A stretch of 64,000 nucleotides of DNA from Balanoglossus misakiensis. Lineage: Eukaryota; Animalia; Hemichordata. Positions 13,166-26,553 of the stretch are shown one piece after another. Under the pieces are notes generated by a model. It ran no database searches. It worked only from the letters and a program-made list of their open reading frames with translations, and had not been told where the DNA came from. The position numbers and the translations under genes were made by a program. Location: assembly GCA_040954595.2 (NCBI GenBank), contig CM082585.2, forward strand, positions 10,156,564 through 10,220,563. The letters are read 5' to 3'. Each line of letters begins with the position of its first letter. The first letter of the stretch is position 1.

Positions 13166-16100
13166 TTAGACATTTGGTACGAAGAGCCCGTGGATGCCGA
13201 AGTTAATTTGCACGTTGATTTCTGCTCGACCGATCTCCGTGAAACTTTTCCCGTCGAGCACTACCAAGAAGTTTGGTGCGTTGGGATCACTGTTGACAAC
13301 TGCCGATAGTACCACTCCTGCAAACACAGCAGAAAGACGAATGTCAGCTCAAATATCGCGTGCAATAAAGTCTGATGGCAACAACGTGGACGTCTAAACA
13401 ACGCCATCCTTCAAGTCAAACTTACCATCATCCTCACTTGAAGCAGATGGCGCCGGAATGAAGACCGGCTCTGACGGCAAGAAGTTCTTCTCTTCCCAGA
13501 CTTTGTGGGTTTTATTTTTCACATCCACTTTGATCATCTGCAACAGGGTGGAACAGATACGGTCTTTATTTCTTAGAAATTAGAAGAGGAATCGCGTTCC
13601 TGTTTTAACTTTGGAGAATATTTTAGGTCGTAAGAAACATACGAAACTTACCCCTTGTTGGTTGCCAAGGATACCGTAGATATATCGGTAAGGTTTGCCA
13701 TTGTAGTGATCGTAGTTGATTCGCGGCGCTTCAAAAGCTGTTGGCAAAACAACAGAAATTTAAATATTATGAATAAACCACATTTTGGCGGGTGCTTGTG
13801 TCCACTGAGCTGTAACTCCTGCTTTGCAACTTTTAACAATCTCAAGAAAACAACTAAATGAAACGCTGAGTGCCGTTACTGCTAGATAAAATGTCTCCAG
13901 ATTTCCGCGTAGACTTTAATCATCCAAAAAGCGATGTTCTGGTCATTTTGACAAAATAAAACTACGACATACCTTCGTCGATCAGTTTCTCCGGGGAACA
14001 AAACACGGTGCCATCTCCCGCCATTTCTGCTTGGCAGCTTGTGTACGATAAAGATACCAGATTGGTGGTTGTTTTGTCCTAAAATAGAAAGAGGTGTTAA
14101 TTTAAGTGTGTTTATCATCCTTCATTCGTTTAGAGCGTTTTTTCAAGTGATGTGGAACAACAAGAATGGAAAGTGTGTTTTCTTTCAATCAAATTCCCCC
14201 ACCAAAGAAACTTAATCCTCTGATAATTCTTTTGTTATGATAAATCCCCATTCTTTTAGCACCTTTTCCCAAATACTTGGTAAATCCATATTGTATCGGT
14301 TAATCCCTAGTTTATCTGTGTGAAAGGTAAATTTGCAAAGTAGATTCATGATTTATTTGTGTAGAGAGAAGTTAATTTTTTCCATTACCTTAGCATTGAG
14401 CGGTAGTACAAATCGCCAACCCTCGGCTTCGTCTGCTGGGGGGAGCCCCCTTTTCAACTCCTCGATAAACGCCCTCTTGATGATCTCTTCGTTGTTGTAG
14501 CAGCACATATCGATGACCACATGGCCGTCATCCTCGTACGCATTGATGTGGTGAAAACAAAAGAAAGCATCGGCCGTGAACGTAGTGGGCAGCAGTTCAC
14601 CAGTGTGGCGGTTGACCACGTGGAAGAAGGCTTTGTTCCGGGGGCGGTACTCCATGCAGTCGGTCAGCGCATGGCCGCGAATTTTGCTGGTGAGGACCTT
14701 CAGAACGTTGACGTGCAGAGGCTGTTCCAAGTAGACGATGTAGTTCTCCGTCAGGCCGAAACTGTGATAGTACGAGGGATCTCTGCCTCTAGCCGGTATA
14801 CTGCACATGATAGACCATCTGTGCTTTTCAGATATACCTATAAAATAAACGCACCGACGACATGAGAAGGACAACAATAGGACTTGGTTGTAAACTCCCC
14901 CGTACGGAGTGTGTTCCGATTGACCAGCCTTTACTAGTTTGAACCTCTAACTGGGTTCTGGGCTTCGGCAGGAGAATGGTCAGATACATGAAATTGCTTA
15001 TTAGTGGTGAAGCATTTAATTTGCAATGTTTAAAATGGACGCCATATAGGCCCTACATGTAATTGGAAGTACGTGTATTCGGTTCAACTCATCCATTATT
15101 CATGTGCGAGAAATGTGCTGTTAGTAGTTAGCACCTTTTTGTGTTGGTTGTTTTTTCTTCGTTCATCGGAAATCGGACTTTTCTTTATGGGACATTTTGA
15201 CCAACTCACCTTTTCGCGGTGGCTCAATTTTCATGATGTTGTATTTGCACACTTTATTGAAGGAAGACCCCATGTTGTAGTGCGTGCCATCGGGTAAAAA
15301 GTGTGGATGAGCCGTTGCCATGTTAATAGCAACGTACTTGGAGATATCTACCTAATAGTAGGAAAAATACAAAAAAATGTTGGAATATCAGGGTGTGTTT
15401 TTTTAATATAACACACAGATTATTTTCGTGAAGGAAGCGAGACTGATAACTTGCGGATTATGAAGTTGGCGCCAAATTTTAAATCCATCACTATCAGTGA
15501 GTACATAGCGACATGCGACCGACTGCAAACAGATTACTTATCATTTGCATGAGCAGAAATTTGTATGGCCAAAAATTGTCACGAAGGGACGTGGAATGCT
15601 GGAACGCAGTGCTGTATTAGTCTGGTATCTAGCCGTATTTTGTCCGCTATGCTTCCAAAACTAGTTTGGTGTATATACCATATCGTTAAGTTTTTCACAT
15701 GAAATATCCAAGAATTACCTTGTCATCCTTGGTCGAATCCAAAGTTTTCGGGTCAACTCTTCGCATGTAATGGGTTTCTGTCAGAGCGAATAACTCATCG
15801 CCCTGGTACATCATGTTGACACCGCAGTTGTCGCCTGCTGTTGGCAAGGAAAAGTACGCAGCCACTTTCTGAAAAAGGTTGTGACAAGGATCCGGGTGGG
15901 CGATGGTGCCGAATTCAGAGCAGACGATCCGATTGGACGCCATGTTTTTGCGGTAATTATCACTGCGCAGAAACTTACTTTGATACGTCACCTACAAAGA
16001 GTGAGAAAACCGACCGTTACACGCTGTAGCAAGCGTTGAGTTGTTGGAGAGATACTAGTAGTTTACAGTCAGTCTCAAGAATAAGTTTACGGGTGCCTTG

Positions 16101-16511
16101 TGAAGAAAAACGAAGAGAAAAAAATCGGCAACTCACCTGTCCACCTTTTATGTGGTATCGATGCAACAGAGCCATTCCGTCAAAGAAATGCTTGTAAGAA
16201 TCATTTCCAATTTCGAACAAACCAGCGCCGTTTCTGTACAAGCTTCCTTCTATCCATTTTGGAATTTTCCCTGTGGGGAAAAATAACGTGAATAAAGTGA
16301 CCATACAACAACCTAAGTCACTTTTACAGTATATCTCTAAACTTTTTATACAGAAATTGAGGAGCGTGACATTTACATGGATGCTTTGGTTTCACTTACC
16401 TCTGATGTTAGTTTTCATCGGTTGTGGGTGTTCATCCTTTATAGATGTATACATAACGCTCAGATCATACCTCTTTTCGGAGGGTTGGTCAGATGTCTTC
16501 GTTTCTGGCAT
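13166..16511 (-). CDS. Carotenoid cleavage oxygenase (BCO1/BCO2/RPE65 family), about 521 aa
   Basis: 9 exons (minus): 16511-16400, 16270-16137, 15991-15719, 15351-15210, 14837-14389, 14078-13973, 13737-13652, 13537-13426, 13317-13166 (1566 nt). Motifs [45 protein letters not shown]...EDDGVVLS; all four Fe-binding His present (TAHPH, YYHSF, FHHINAY, IHGLF). Confidence 0.95.
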
Positions 16512-16698
16512 TTTCCCCCTTTTTGTTTTCTGGTAATTGCTAACTGGGATACGCAGGCACCTCTTCCGAGCTGATATCGCGGATTGCAAATGCAGACTGT
16601 AGTTTTGCTGGACGGTTTGATACAGCGCGGGCCAGAGATCTGGTCGAAGCACGACTCTCGATGTGAAATTTCTTTCTCGTCTAGTTCTGCTCGGTGGG

Positions 16699-16732
16699 TT
16701 TTATATATAAAGCCCACCAACAGTCACGTGAC
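16699..16732 (-). promoter_or_regulatory. Candidate TATA box plus palindromic E-box/CLEAR element upstream of the carotenoid oxygenase
   Basis: TATATAAAA on minus strand about 190 nt upstream of the ATG and a perfect GTCACGTGAC at 16723-16732. Confidence 0.5.
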
Positions 16733-16935
16733 AGGGCCATGTTTGCTTACGGTTTCTATTCCCTTTTGGGCGGAGGGCGCACTACGTGTATCACTTATCT
16801 GAGATCATCATGGGTTATCGAACCAAGCGTGTTTTGGTTACCTTTGGTGACGTAACACCCTCCCTGCGAACTATTATCAAAAGCAGGTCTCTTCAGGTTA
16901 TTGAACTTCTACATTGATCCAAGCATATTTGGCCA

Positions 16936-17017
16936 TAGCTGTGGTACGCAGCTGTACCTTGGGGGAGGGGGGGGGGTAATCAGCCCCCCCCAACGGTACA
17001 GCTGCGTACCACAGCTA
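16936..17017. mobile_element. MITE with 23-bp terminal inverted repeats (TAG...CTA) and near-perfect 9-bp target-site duplication
   Basis: TAGCTGTGGTACGCAGCTGTACC ... GGTACAGCTGCGTACCACAGCTA; flanks atttggcca / aattggcca (8 of 9 identical). Confidence 0.75.
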
Positions 17018-17138
17018 AATTGGCCACGCCCAATATTTAACAGGTTTTCATAAGGTACTGTACGTGTTTTACTGTGGAAATCAATGAACTTCAATTTATT
17101 TCGTTCCCCTCAATCCTAAAGTTGTTTTAAGTTGCGTG

Positions 17139-17309
17139 TATTATGACGGGTGGGTTCTGAGGAAATTGGGACGGTCTGTCATGTAAAGTGTGACCCCCTC
17201 GACACCCCCTTTTAAAAGTGACCCTCCCTCAATTAGGAAGAGCAGTAAAATACGACCCCCTTAATTTCTCACGACCCACCCCTTCTTATAATAACTGAAA
17301 GCTCTTTAA
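17139..17309. mobile_element. Degenerate MITE-like element
   Basis: Imperfect inverted ends (gggtgggttctgaggaaattggg versus ccccttaatttctcacgacccacccc) around repeated gtgacccc motifs. Confidence 0.35.
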
Positions 17310-19225
17310 ATACGGTCGAAACATGACAATAATTGTTTGAATAATGTTGCAAAAAGTAAAATTCAAACAACTTCAGCTAAATTGAACATCTTCAGTTAAA
17401 AAAAACTAGAATAATACTTATAATGTTACGACTTTGTTTGTACAGCTCGCACGATGGAACATTAATGTATTACATCACCTTTGTTTGCAAGTTACAAGGT
17501 CCTACGCGGTCAGTGACCGTGATTACGTCACCGAAATTAAAGTCTTTGTAAGTAAATTGCTGGGAAAACGTACCTCAATGGTCATCCCTCCCATTCCTAT
17601 TAAATGGACTCTCCCTATAAACGTCATTGCCCTACCTTTCAGTCAAAGACGTCTCGCTCCCAGCAATTACATGCCTCTGATCACCGGTCCAAAGGGCAAT
17701 GTCGTTTGAAGGGACATTCCAATTAAGCCATGTGAGGACCGATCCAGACAAACCTCACAGGTTTACTACATTCGACCGTCTACCCCAACTCGCGGTCGCA
17801 GTTCGACTGTGCCTGACATGTTTTAGTACCTCCATGGTTGAATTAAGATGAAGAAGAACACGTAGTGTACACCACATTCCGACAGTTTCTACAATAAATT
17901 AAAACCATTGTGATTACTGTAATCGATCGAACGGTGTCGTGTCAATTAATTAAGTAAGTGTCCAGGTGATTTGATCGGGGGGGGGGGGGGGTAATGCCCC
18001 TTGCCTCAGTCACCTTTGAACTTTAAGAGATGGCATTATCTCACCATACTCAAAGTCCTTGACGCCATGGCTAAGAAATTACTTAGTTACCCTTGACGTC
18101 CAATGAAAAACTATAACTTTGTCAGCTCAGTTCAAACGCAGAATACATTGTAAAAGAACTGCAAACAATGAATAGATTTGAGAAAGCTGACAAAGTTATA
18201 GTTTGTTAAGACAAACAAACAAGCACGGTGTTATTGACAAACATAAACACAAACCATCTCTTCGCTGATTCTTAAATGTTTCTTGTCTCGTTCTGTATAA
18301 GAATATTTGTCTTTGCACTACAAGAAAGAGAAAGGTTTTCTTAAAATAAAACGCCGTAGTCCAATAGCCTGCGTTCAGTTCTTGACTTAGGTTGGTCCAG
18401 CCGGGACTGCAGGCTTGTCCTGTTTGTCAACAGCTGGTCTTTTGTCACGCTCTCAATAAAAGGGTGAGATACGTTCTCGGGTGACGTCGATTTTAAACGC
18501 TGATGACATACAGGACAAGCCTGTAAGGTGTGAACGCAGGCAGACGTGTCAAATGCATGTAAATTAATCTACGCCATGTGGGTAGCTGCATTTTCAAAGG
18601 TGTGAACTCGGCCGCATGGTGTGTTTGAAATGCTTCCTGGTACATTGTGTATTTTAGGAGGCAAACAATGACCAACCGAGATCATTGATCTATCCGAAGA
18701 CCTATACGTGTAGTGTAATGTATTACAGCTATTTTGGCCAAATTGATAGCTAACTGTGCGAAATTTCGAAGCAATGCTGTTGTCGCAGTGGTTGAAGAAA
18801 ATGGCTTTCCATGATACCAATTTCCTCCAGACCACCCACTCCCCGCCCGCCCACCAATATGAAATGGGTTACTCCCCAAGCATGGAGCCGCTACTTTGCA
18901 AGTTTGACTGAAGAGTCATTCACCTTTACTATAATCTTTGACAGTGATCTCCACGTCTATTAATATCCATAAGATACTGATACCAGAGGAAAATCATGGG
19001 ATTTTCTTTTACATCAGATTGACACCCCCCACACAAGTGGAGCAATTGACGCAATGAATAAAACATACTCTTCCCAAGACGAATAAAGCCTGGCAAATTA
19101 GTTGGTTCTTCACGTTTCACTACAAATACAGCACTATACCGATGTGGACGACGTTTACGATATAATTTGTGGACTAACGTGAACGAGCGAGGCGAGGCGG
19201 TGGGCAGACTGAAAGATTCAGTCGT

Positions 19226-19292
19226 GTGCGGGCGCTTCTACCATTTGAGCCGGTGTTTGTAGCAGCGCCCTCGTGTGGCAGCGAAGATGATG
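19226..19292 (+). pseudogene. Orphan carotenoid-oxygenase exon fragment in opposite orientation
   Basis: Encodes LLPFEPVFVAAPSCGSEDD(G) followed by a GT donor in the same position and phase as exon 8 of the intact gene ([19 protein letters not shown](G)); no neighbouring + strand exons found. Confidence 0.7.
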
Positions 19293-22200
19293 GTAATTGT
19301 TTTTGTATTTTGGCGTTTCTAATATCTCTGTCTGTCTCTCTGTCTGCGAACTTTAATGTAGCAAAGAAAGGAAAGGTTTGTGAGACTCGTTTTTCTGGAA
19401 ATCAGTCACCAAGACTCTCTCACAACCCACGGTTCGCTATAAGGCAAGGGAGGGGGGGGGGGGGGGGGTTTCTGTCGCGCGTCTTTAGTTCCGAGAAATG
19501 CTAAGCCCGCGGTGTTGTTGGTATTTTCTATTCATAGAACATTGTGATTGTCCTGGATAGCTGAACCGATTTAGGTGAGATTAATTGAAACAGAAATTGT
19601 GTGAAAGTGTGCTGACTTCATTTGAAAACAGCGGGATCAATATTTCGAACTTTGAAGAGGGATTAGGGCTAAAGTCCTCGCAGCAATTGGAGCTTGTATT
19701 TCTTTTTCCAAAGCCTAATAAAATCGACACTTTTCCTGGTGAGGCCCACGTGGGATCCTAAGCATTCAGAAAGGATGCGATGCTGTGAACTTGGGTGGGT
19801 GGGCCGGGAATACAATTTCAAGCCATCCAATAATTGACCAAATCGCTCTTCTGAAAAGGTCATGCGTGTCGAAAATAATACTTGTGAATGAAACGCCTTC
19901 TCGTTATTTGATAATCGGATTCGATGTTATATTGTACGAATTCTTGAAGAACGGTGCAGATAGCTACATGGTGATCCATCGAAGCATGATTACAGAATAG
20001 GGAGGAGGATCACAGAAAATTTGGCTATGAAATATGGAAGCTAAAATATCTCTTCAAGGGATTCCATTTACAAATTGGGCCATCTTCTATAGGTCGCTCA
20101 AAAATAATTACTCCCACGCTACCAACGCCACGAACATTGGCATTGCTTGAACTACCGTTGATTCATTCCATTTGCATCTCCAATTAATTAATTGGCAAAT
20201 GAGATACGTTTTCCAGTGATATATCTACACTTGGAGACTAAATTTTAAATAAATCAATAACGTAAATGTATTACCTGTTACGAAAGACTCCGCAGACGGA
20301 TTGGTGAATACCCTACAATCTTTAGGCTCGTGAGTTGTGACATGTTCCGTACATCGACTTCTGAAAGCATCCTGCGACTGTCGTAAAACACTCTACTGTT
20401 GACATTTTCCTTGGGGTTCGCGTTTCGCCATTCTGCGCCCGACGTAAACGACAGATGTCCGTCTGAGAGTGTCGCCGCTGTGACCGGTCGTCTAACCCAC
20501 CTTGCTGGTCAAATACTGTCTAAATATTGAGCCATTGCTGTCCGTAGCTACTCTTCTGTGCTTTCCGTCAATCTGGATTAAAAGTACATCTAAATGGCGG
20601 CTGAACTTGGTTGGGACACTCCTGTGATAGAGGGACTGTCGTTGATACCTCAACGTACGTGACGCAATAGGGCGTACACGTGGTTTTAGTGCGCGAGTTT
20701 GCCATGCGCAGAAAGACGCGCTGGAGTCACAACGGGGGTGCCGCCACTGGATCTCAACTTGGAGTGTGAGTGAGGAAGGAGGCAGCGGGGGTGACGTATC
20801 AGCTCAGTGTGTATTGAATGGAAGGGACATTTGACATTGAAGTACATTTTTGGGACCTGTTCTTAGGCCTACTAATGTGAAATAGGCTTCGTTTAATATT
20901 ATTCGTAGTGTAAGATGCCTGTCTGTTTTGTCTTTGTCAGTCGATTTGGGACCGTCCCCCGGGACCGTCTCAAAGAAAAGGTCAAGCCCGACAACTACGG
21001 TCAGGCTGGCAAAGATGAGCTATAGAGTTATCCACACGAGTCCGCAGTGATCAAGATATCAATGGATTACTTTAATGGATGCAAAATCACTTTAGAAAAA
21101 AACATAATAGCATTGATAGAAGCATGCACATATTAGCCATGTTCGCGGTGCTCGGCAGAGATTTCATCGGTAACACTTTTATGGTTAAACGCAACGTTTT
21201 GATTGACTGGACCTCCGAGTATTTAAATTACTGCAGCTGATCTTTTGACCTTTCCATTTAAAGGAATTTGTCGGATATGGAGGTGGACGAACGGCTCCCT
21301 GGAAAAATTTTAAATGATTCACTCCCGGCACTCAATTTGATGCAGATATATTCACCAACAGATATTGCTTCATGCAATTTCCAAAGGACCGGATGTTCCC
21401 TCAAAAATCCTGGAAAATTATCAAGTAAACGTCGGTGTTGACAGGGGTGAAACCAGTGACCCCTGACTGCAGAAAGCAAATTGCTGTATTTCTTATAATT
21501 TAAATTTAATCCTTGGGCTTGCATGAGATTGATTTAGGAATCTGACAGGAAAATAGATGGAACATCCCTTTTCAATACATGGAAATCTATTTGCAGTGAC
21601 CCACGCGTCTCCATTGAATATTATTCAGTTAAAAGCATGCTGTGCGCGTGGAAGAAGATATCGAACCCGCGACACCTGCACGCTGCAAAGTATTTTCAAA
21701 TCAATCATGCCAGGCATAGCTGTGTACCCCTCCAGGGCGTCGTTATGCATCTATAGTCGCTCCAGGAAAGAGAAAATAGAAAACGGCGATTTTGAATCTC
21801 AGATGAGCTAAAATTGTATCGGTAATTGATCGGCGGGCTTCCCGAATGACAGTTGTGGACGTGCGTCCCTCCTGGTAGAATGGGCCGGAGATTTCCAACG
21901 CTTGTCGTCAGAAGTGGCCTCCCTGGTACAAATACCGTTGTTGGTTTGAAGTGTTAGCGAGTTTATATGATGTCCACAGGAAAGAGAGATTAGATGGCAA
22001 ATGCAAGACAGGTTCTGTGATCCGTAACCGTGTTAATATTTATAATAACGAAATTTGCTTGTTTTCGACCGTACACCGGCGTTGTATGACACCTTTCACT
22101 CTTGCCGATCGCCAGATTTTCGCCGCACGATTCGAAGCAGCCGAAACCATCATTCAATCTAAAAAACAACAATACATGTATACACATAATGGTAACGAAG

Positions 22201-22380
22201 ACAGCATTCTAGTTAGTATCCCCCTCTCTCTCTCTCTCTCTCTACCGTTTCTATGCGCGTATGCGCAAACTGGCATACTCAGTCTGATGCTGTAGATCCC
22301 TGGGCAATGATCTCCGTACGAATAAAAGCTAGATGCCAGCTGTACCAAAATAGAACCTGCATGATGAAACCCCGAAAAAT

Positions 22381-23588
22381 TCAAAATAAACTCACAATCG
22401 TCTCGTGTCTGTCTACTTCGTGTCCGATGACGGAGCTACCGAATTCCTTTCCTTGGTAACGGCACACACAGTATCGCATTTTCAGATGCACCCTGGCGAA
22501 CTGGGAACATAGGTACACACAAACACATGCACAGAGAATGGTGGTCGCGGCAAAGACGCCAACCAGAATGTAGGCAATCTGGCAGCCGTCGGTTAGCTGG
22601 TCCATCGCAGGCTGCGCCGTCGTCGGAAATGGTCGTCTGCTTGACGGCAACGTTGATTCAGTCGCAGGTGTCATCATCAGAGGGCTCGCTTTGAAGCCCG
22701 TCGACTGCGTTGCACGCGATGAAGTCAGTATCTCATCTTGTGACGTAGGTGACTTGGTTGCCTGTATAGGAGTACTCTTCACAGTCGCTGATTCCATTAC
22801 TGAAACACCTGTACGCACAGTTGCAGAACGCCTTACAAGGGACTGAGAAGTCGATACTATATGCTGTGCTGGAGTTGGCTGCGAAATCACTGATTTCTCC
22901 GCTGCTGACGTCCCCACGGTTTCTCTTACTGAAGTAGCTTGCACTGATTGCGTATGCGATGAAGTTGGTACATCATTTTGCAATGTGACTGGCTTTGAAG
23001 TGTGGAACCCGCCGAGAGAGTACGCAAATTTCGAATCATCTGTGGAGTCAGCTGTCGTCGACGAACTCGTGCTTCCATCTGTTCCTTGATTCGGTTGCGT
23101 TGCATTGTCACAAGAACAAGCCACTCTAATTTCGTAATCAAAGCAGTCATGGCCCGCTTGCTCTCCATGGAAACACATAAAACCCGACTCTGTGGCACAC
23201 GTCAGTCCCGTCTGTCCTGTCTCGTTATACGGGGTGAAAGGTGAACTGGCTAGTCTGCAGTCTATGGCCAATACGCCTTCGCAGAAAACATACAGTTGTC
23301 GCAATTGGTCGATGATTTCAAAGTCGCCTAACAGTGGTTCCACGACCCCCGTCTCTTCATCATTCATCCAGTCAGTCCAACATAACTAAGAAAAAATAAA
23401 CAGATGTTTACTGGTTGTGTGAGAAGACACAGTTCATGGGGTATATCATTAAGGGGGCACAAGGAAACTATTTTAAAACTTTGTGGTAACAAGGCAACTA
23501 CTTCACCTACTTGGCTTCCCGTGCTTGGGAGGTGAGTCATCATCACGACGACGGTTGCCACTAGCAACGAAATTGCTCTGGTCGCCAT
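22381..23588 (-). CDS. Type I membrane mucin-like protein with one WxxW (Mucin2_WxxW/CysD-like) domain, about 360 aa
   Basis: Exons 23588-23511 (signal peptide MATRAISLLVATVVVMMTHLPSTGSQ) and 23385-22381. CWTDWMND...GDFE...C...IDCR...TGQ...C...GFMC...CFDYEIRVAC is the WxxW signature; then S/T/P-rich stalk, TM helix IAYILVGVFAATTILCACVCVYLC and short tail. Confidence 0.85.
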
Positions 23589-26553
23589 GACGAGTGTCTA
23601 CAGTTTACGGCATTCCTGCAAAATGATATACATTGTTATTGTCGCCGGCTACCAGCAAATTGTTGTCGGAGCACCCAAACGAAACAAGATGACCAGGAGT
23701 TGACGTTTTCGGTTTTTATCATTTTTATATAATGTGTTCAGGCTGTATGTATATACATTTGTAGTGAAGATCCACTTTATGTATATTGTCACATATTTGT
23801 CTTTAAAGGAACATTCTACAATAAACCATATGCCTGTCCTTTATGTGTTTTGACTTTATTGCACTTCTATTGTGTTCTTGCTATTTTCAAATTTGTTTGG
23901 TTTGAGAGTCAATATTGTTCTACCTTATACACACAGAAAAACTGCAAACGCAAAGAACGTACGATTTTAACAGACTGTGGTATATTCTGCGTCGTTTTGC
24001 TAAAACACGATAGCAAGTCCACTGGCCTATCTATCAACACAGCTTTAAAAAAATCTGCAATATCACTGTTATAAATTTGCTTTAAGCCCCGGTCTTGAAT
24101 TCAATAGACTACAATAACAATGCCCGTACCATACTGTCGTTTATAAGGATATGTTGACAGTGACAGGCAGATACCGAGCATGTTAGCGAGCTATATAGAG
24201 ATATATAGAACTAGATTATAGTTATTACAAAGAACACAAATGCTGAAAAAAAATGTCAAAACTTACATCTGCTATAACTGTGGTATTCACAGTCTTAAGT
24301 TGTCATCGATGTTGTCAAGGATTAACCTTCAGTTGACGCGGATACAAAATCGCGTTTTATAGACGGGAAAGTGGTCAAAAAACGAGTTGAGTTGCCGGTA
24401 TGATTTCTGCGTCTGAAACACTCGTTTTCTGTCGCCGCGCGCGCGTGTTCGTTCATCCTGTCACCATGGCGACCCGATGACAGACCGAAAGAGATGATTT
24501 TCACCGAGATGCGGGTCCGCAGGGCATTTCGTTTCTGATTTCCTGTTTCATACGCCTTCTTGCAGAGATTGTGTTGTTGATGGGCAACTGAACAATCGAG
24601 AAAAGAAGTTGGACATCCCTTGTGTGTAACCTTGGTTTTCCCATCAAAGTGGTTTACGTTATTTAGACTGTTGGCGGGTTCTAATGTAAGCTGCTGACAG
24701 CCGTGCAAACGTAACTCTTTGATGATCAATTCGCACAGAACAAATCACATTTGATATTACCTGGCTATCTTAAATAATTAATGACAGTTATTATACGTTA
24801 AAAGTAAATCATAGCCTAAACATCCAGATGTTCCGTTACCATGGCTACTGTTTCAATGGATACGGGTGAAAGTACCCATGTGCGATTAGCTGCTGATATT
24901 AAGACACCTAGGAACTTGCATATGCCTTAATAGGCTCAATAAATATCGGGCTCTGAAATCCAGTCGCGGGTAATTTACTCAATGTACTAGTAGAAAGCAG
25001 TCCAGCGGATCAGTTCTTTGAACGAAACAACTTTGCTAGAGTTTAATATTACATGTAAACAAGATAACGTATTCTACATTCACATCAACTTATAGCTTCA
25101 TTAGTACATGTATTGGCAAACTACAAACAACAAAAACCTACAGTGGTTAAAGAATTGAGTACACCTTATACACATGCTGGATGACAATATATGAACTCGG
25201 CTAACACAGCAAGTGAAGCATGACAGGAAACTATTTCCACGCCGTCAAATCTAAAATACTCTTGTTCGGAATATTGCGCGTTTCGTGTTTGAAGAAAAGA
25301 TCGCTCCGCCACAATGCGTTATACTCCGTCTAACCACGGTTGAGAAGCGACTGTGGTCGAACCCACTTTACCCACGATTTTGCTACCAGTTTCCAAGCAC
25401 TTTTTGCTCCTTTTGACAGTCTCATCAGATTCACACCTCTTAAAAACCCTGCTTAGATGTAAACGCCACTTTTGGCCAACACTTAACGCGGCTGTGAGAT
25501 AAAACAGACTAAAAGCCGAAGACAAGAATCTACACTTACTGTATATGGATGTGCGTCACACTGCATGTTCGCGCAATGCCGTCTTCTTCCGCTCCGATGC
25601 ACTCAGTAACTGTTAACAGCGGCTGCTGTTTGTGAAGTACACACAACATCAGAACAGTTCGCTCTGCCCGGCGGCGCCATACATCAATCCTGCCACGGTG
25701 TTTAGTTCAATAGTTGAATCACATGTAATATCAAAAGTTACCTCGCAAGCGCATCCGTGAATGTCGCGTTTCAATGTCAGAGTACATTTTATGCGCATCC
25801 TATTTTCGTATGTCTACTTTGTGAAAGTCGAATTATCATACTTTCAGTTTGAGAGCAAAGTGTCGGAGACTTCTTAAAATTCAGATTTTTCTCACGTATT
25901 TTCATGTCTATTTTGCAAATGGTGCAGTCATTCATGAATGTCGTAATTTCTAATCCGTTCTTAAGTAATACAGATGGGAAAATACTAGTAATCGCATTTT
26001 AATCCATTACATTCCGAACAAATCCGACACATCTACATATATTTTATATGTTTCAGGATTAACGGCTAATAGTCTGCTTTAACTTTTGATGACTTCATTT
26101 TTTGTCTGTGTATCAAAACAGTTTCCCATTCGACCTTGTCAGGGAGATTTCATTTATTACAAGACTTGTGTTGCTCTGCTGGCAATCAATTGAAGAAATT
26201 AACCGCATCTCGCGAGATCTTGCAAAGCACAGAAAATCATCTACTCGCAAAACAATATCCTTCTACTACACATGAACCATAAATAACTACACAATTCTTG
26301 GCCAATAGGCATAAAATTTACCCTTGGGACCTGTTTGAAATGAGTCAATCTACATGGCTCTTCTACTTTACAATCACCCACCCCACGGCCAATTATTTGC
26401 TGAATACACAATCACATGCACCTGCTGGTTTACCTTCTGGGGCCTAATATATTTTGGAATGCACCAGAATACCCCTGCTGTAACTTATCTCAATATAACA
26501 TGTAAATGTTCTCAAGAAAATGGAGTTTCCTTAAGACCAGAGTTCTACAAGAG

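Noticed and set aside
21258-21600. Minus-strand frame KYSNLLSAVRGHW, faintly like the C-terminal region of LINE ORF2
   Set aside because: Too short and degenerate; no RT or endonuclease motifs nearby.
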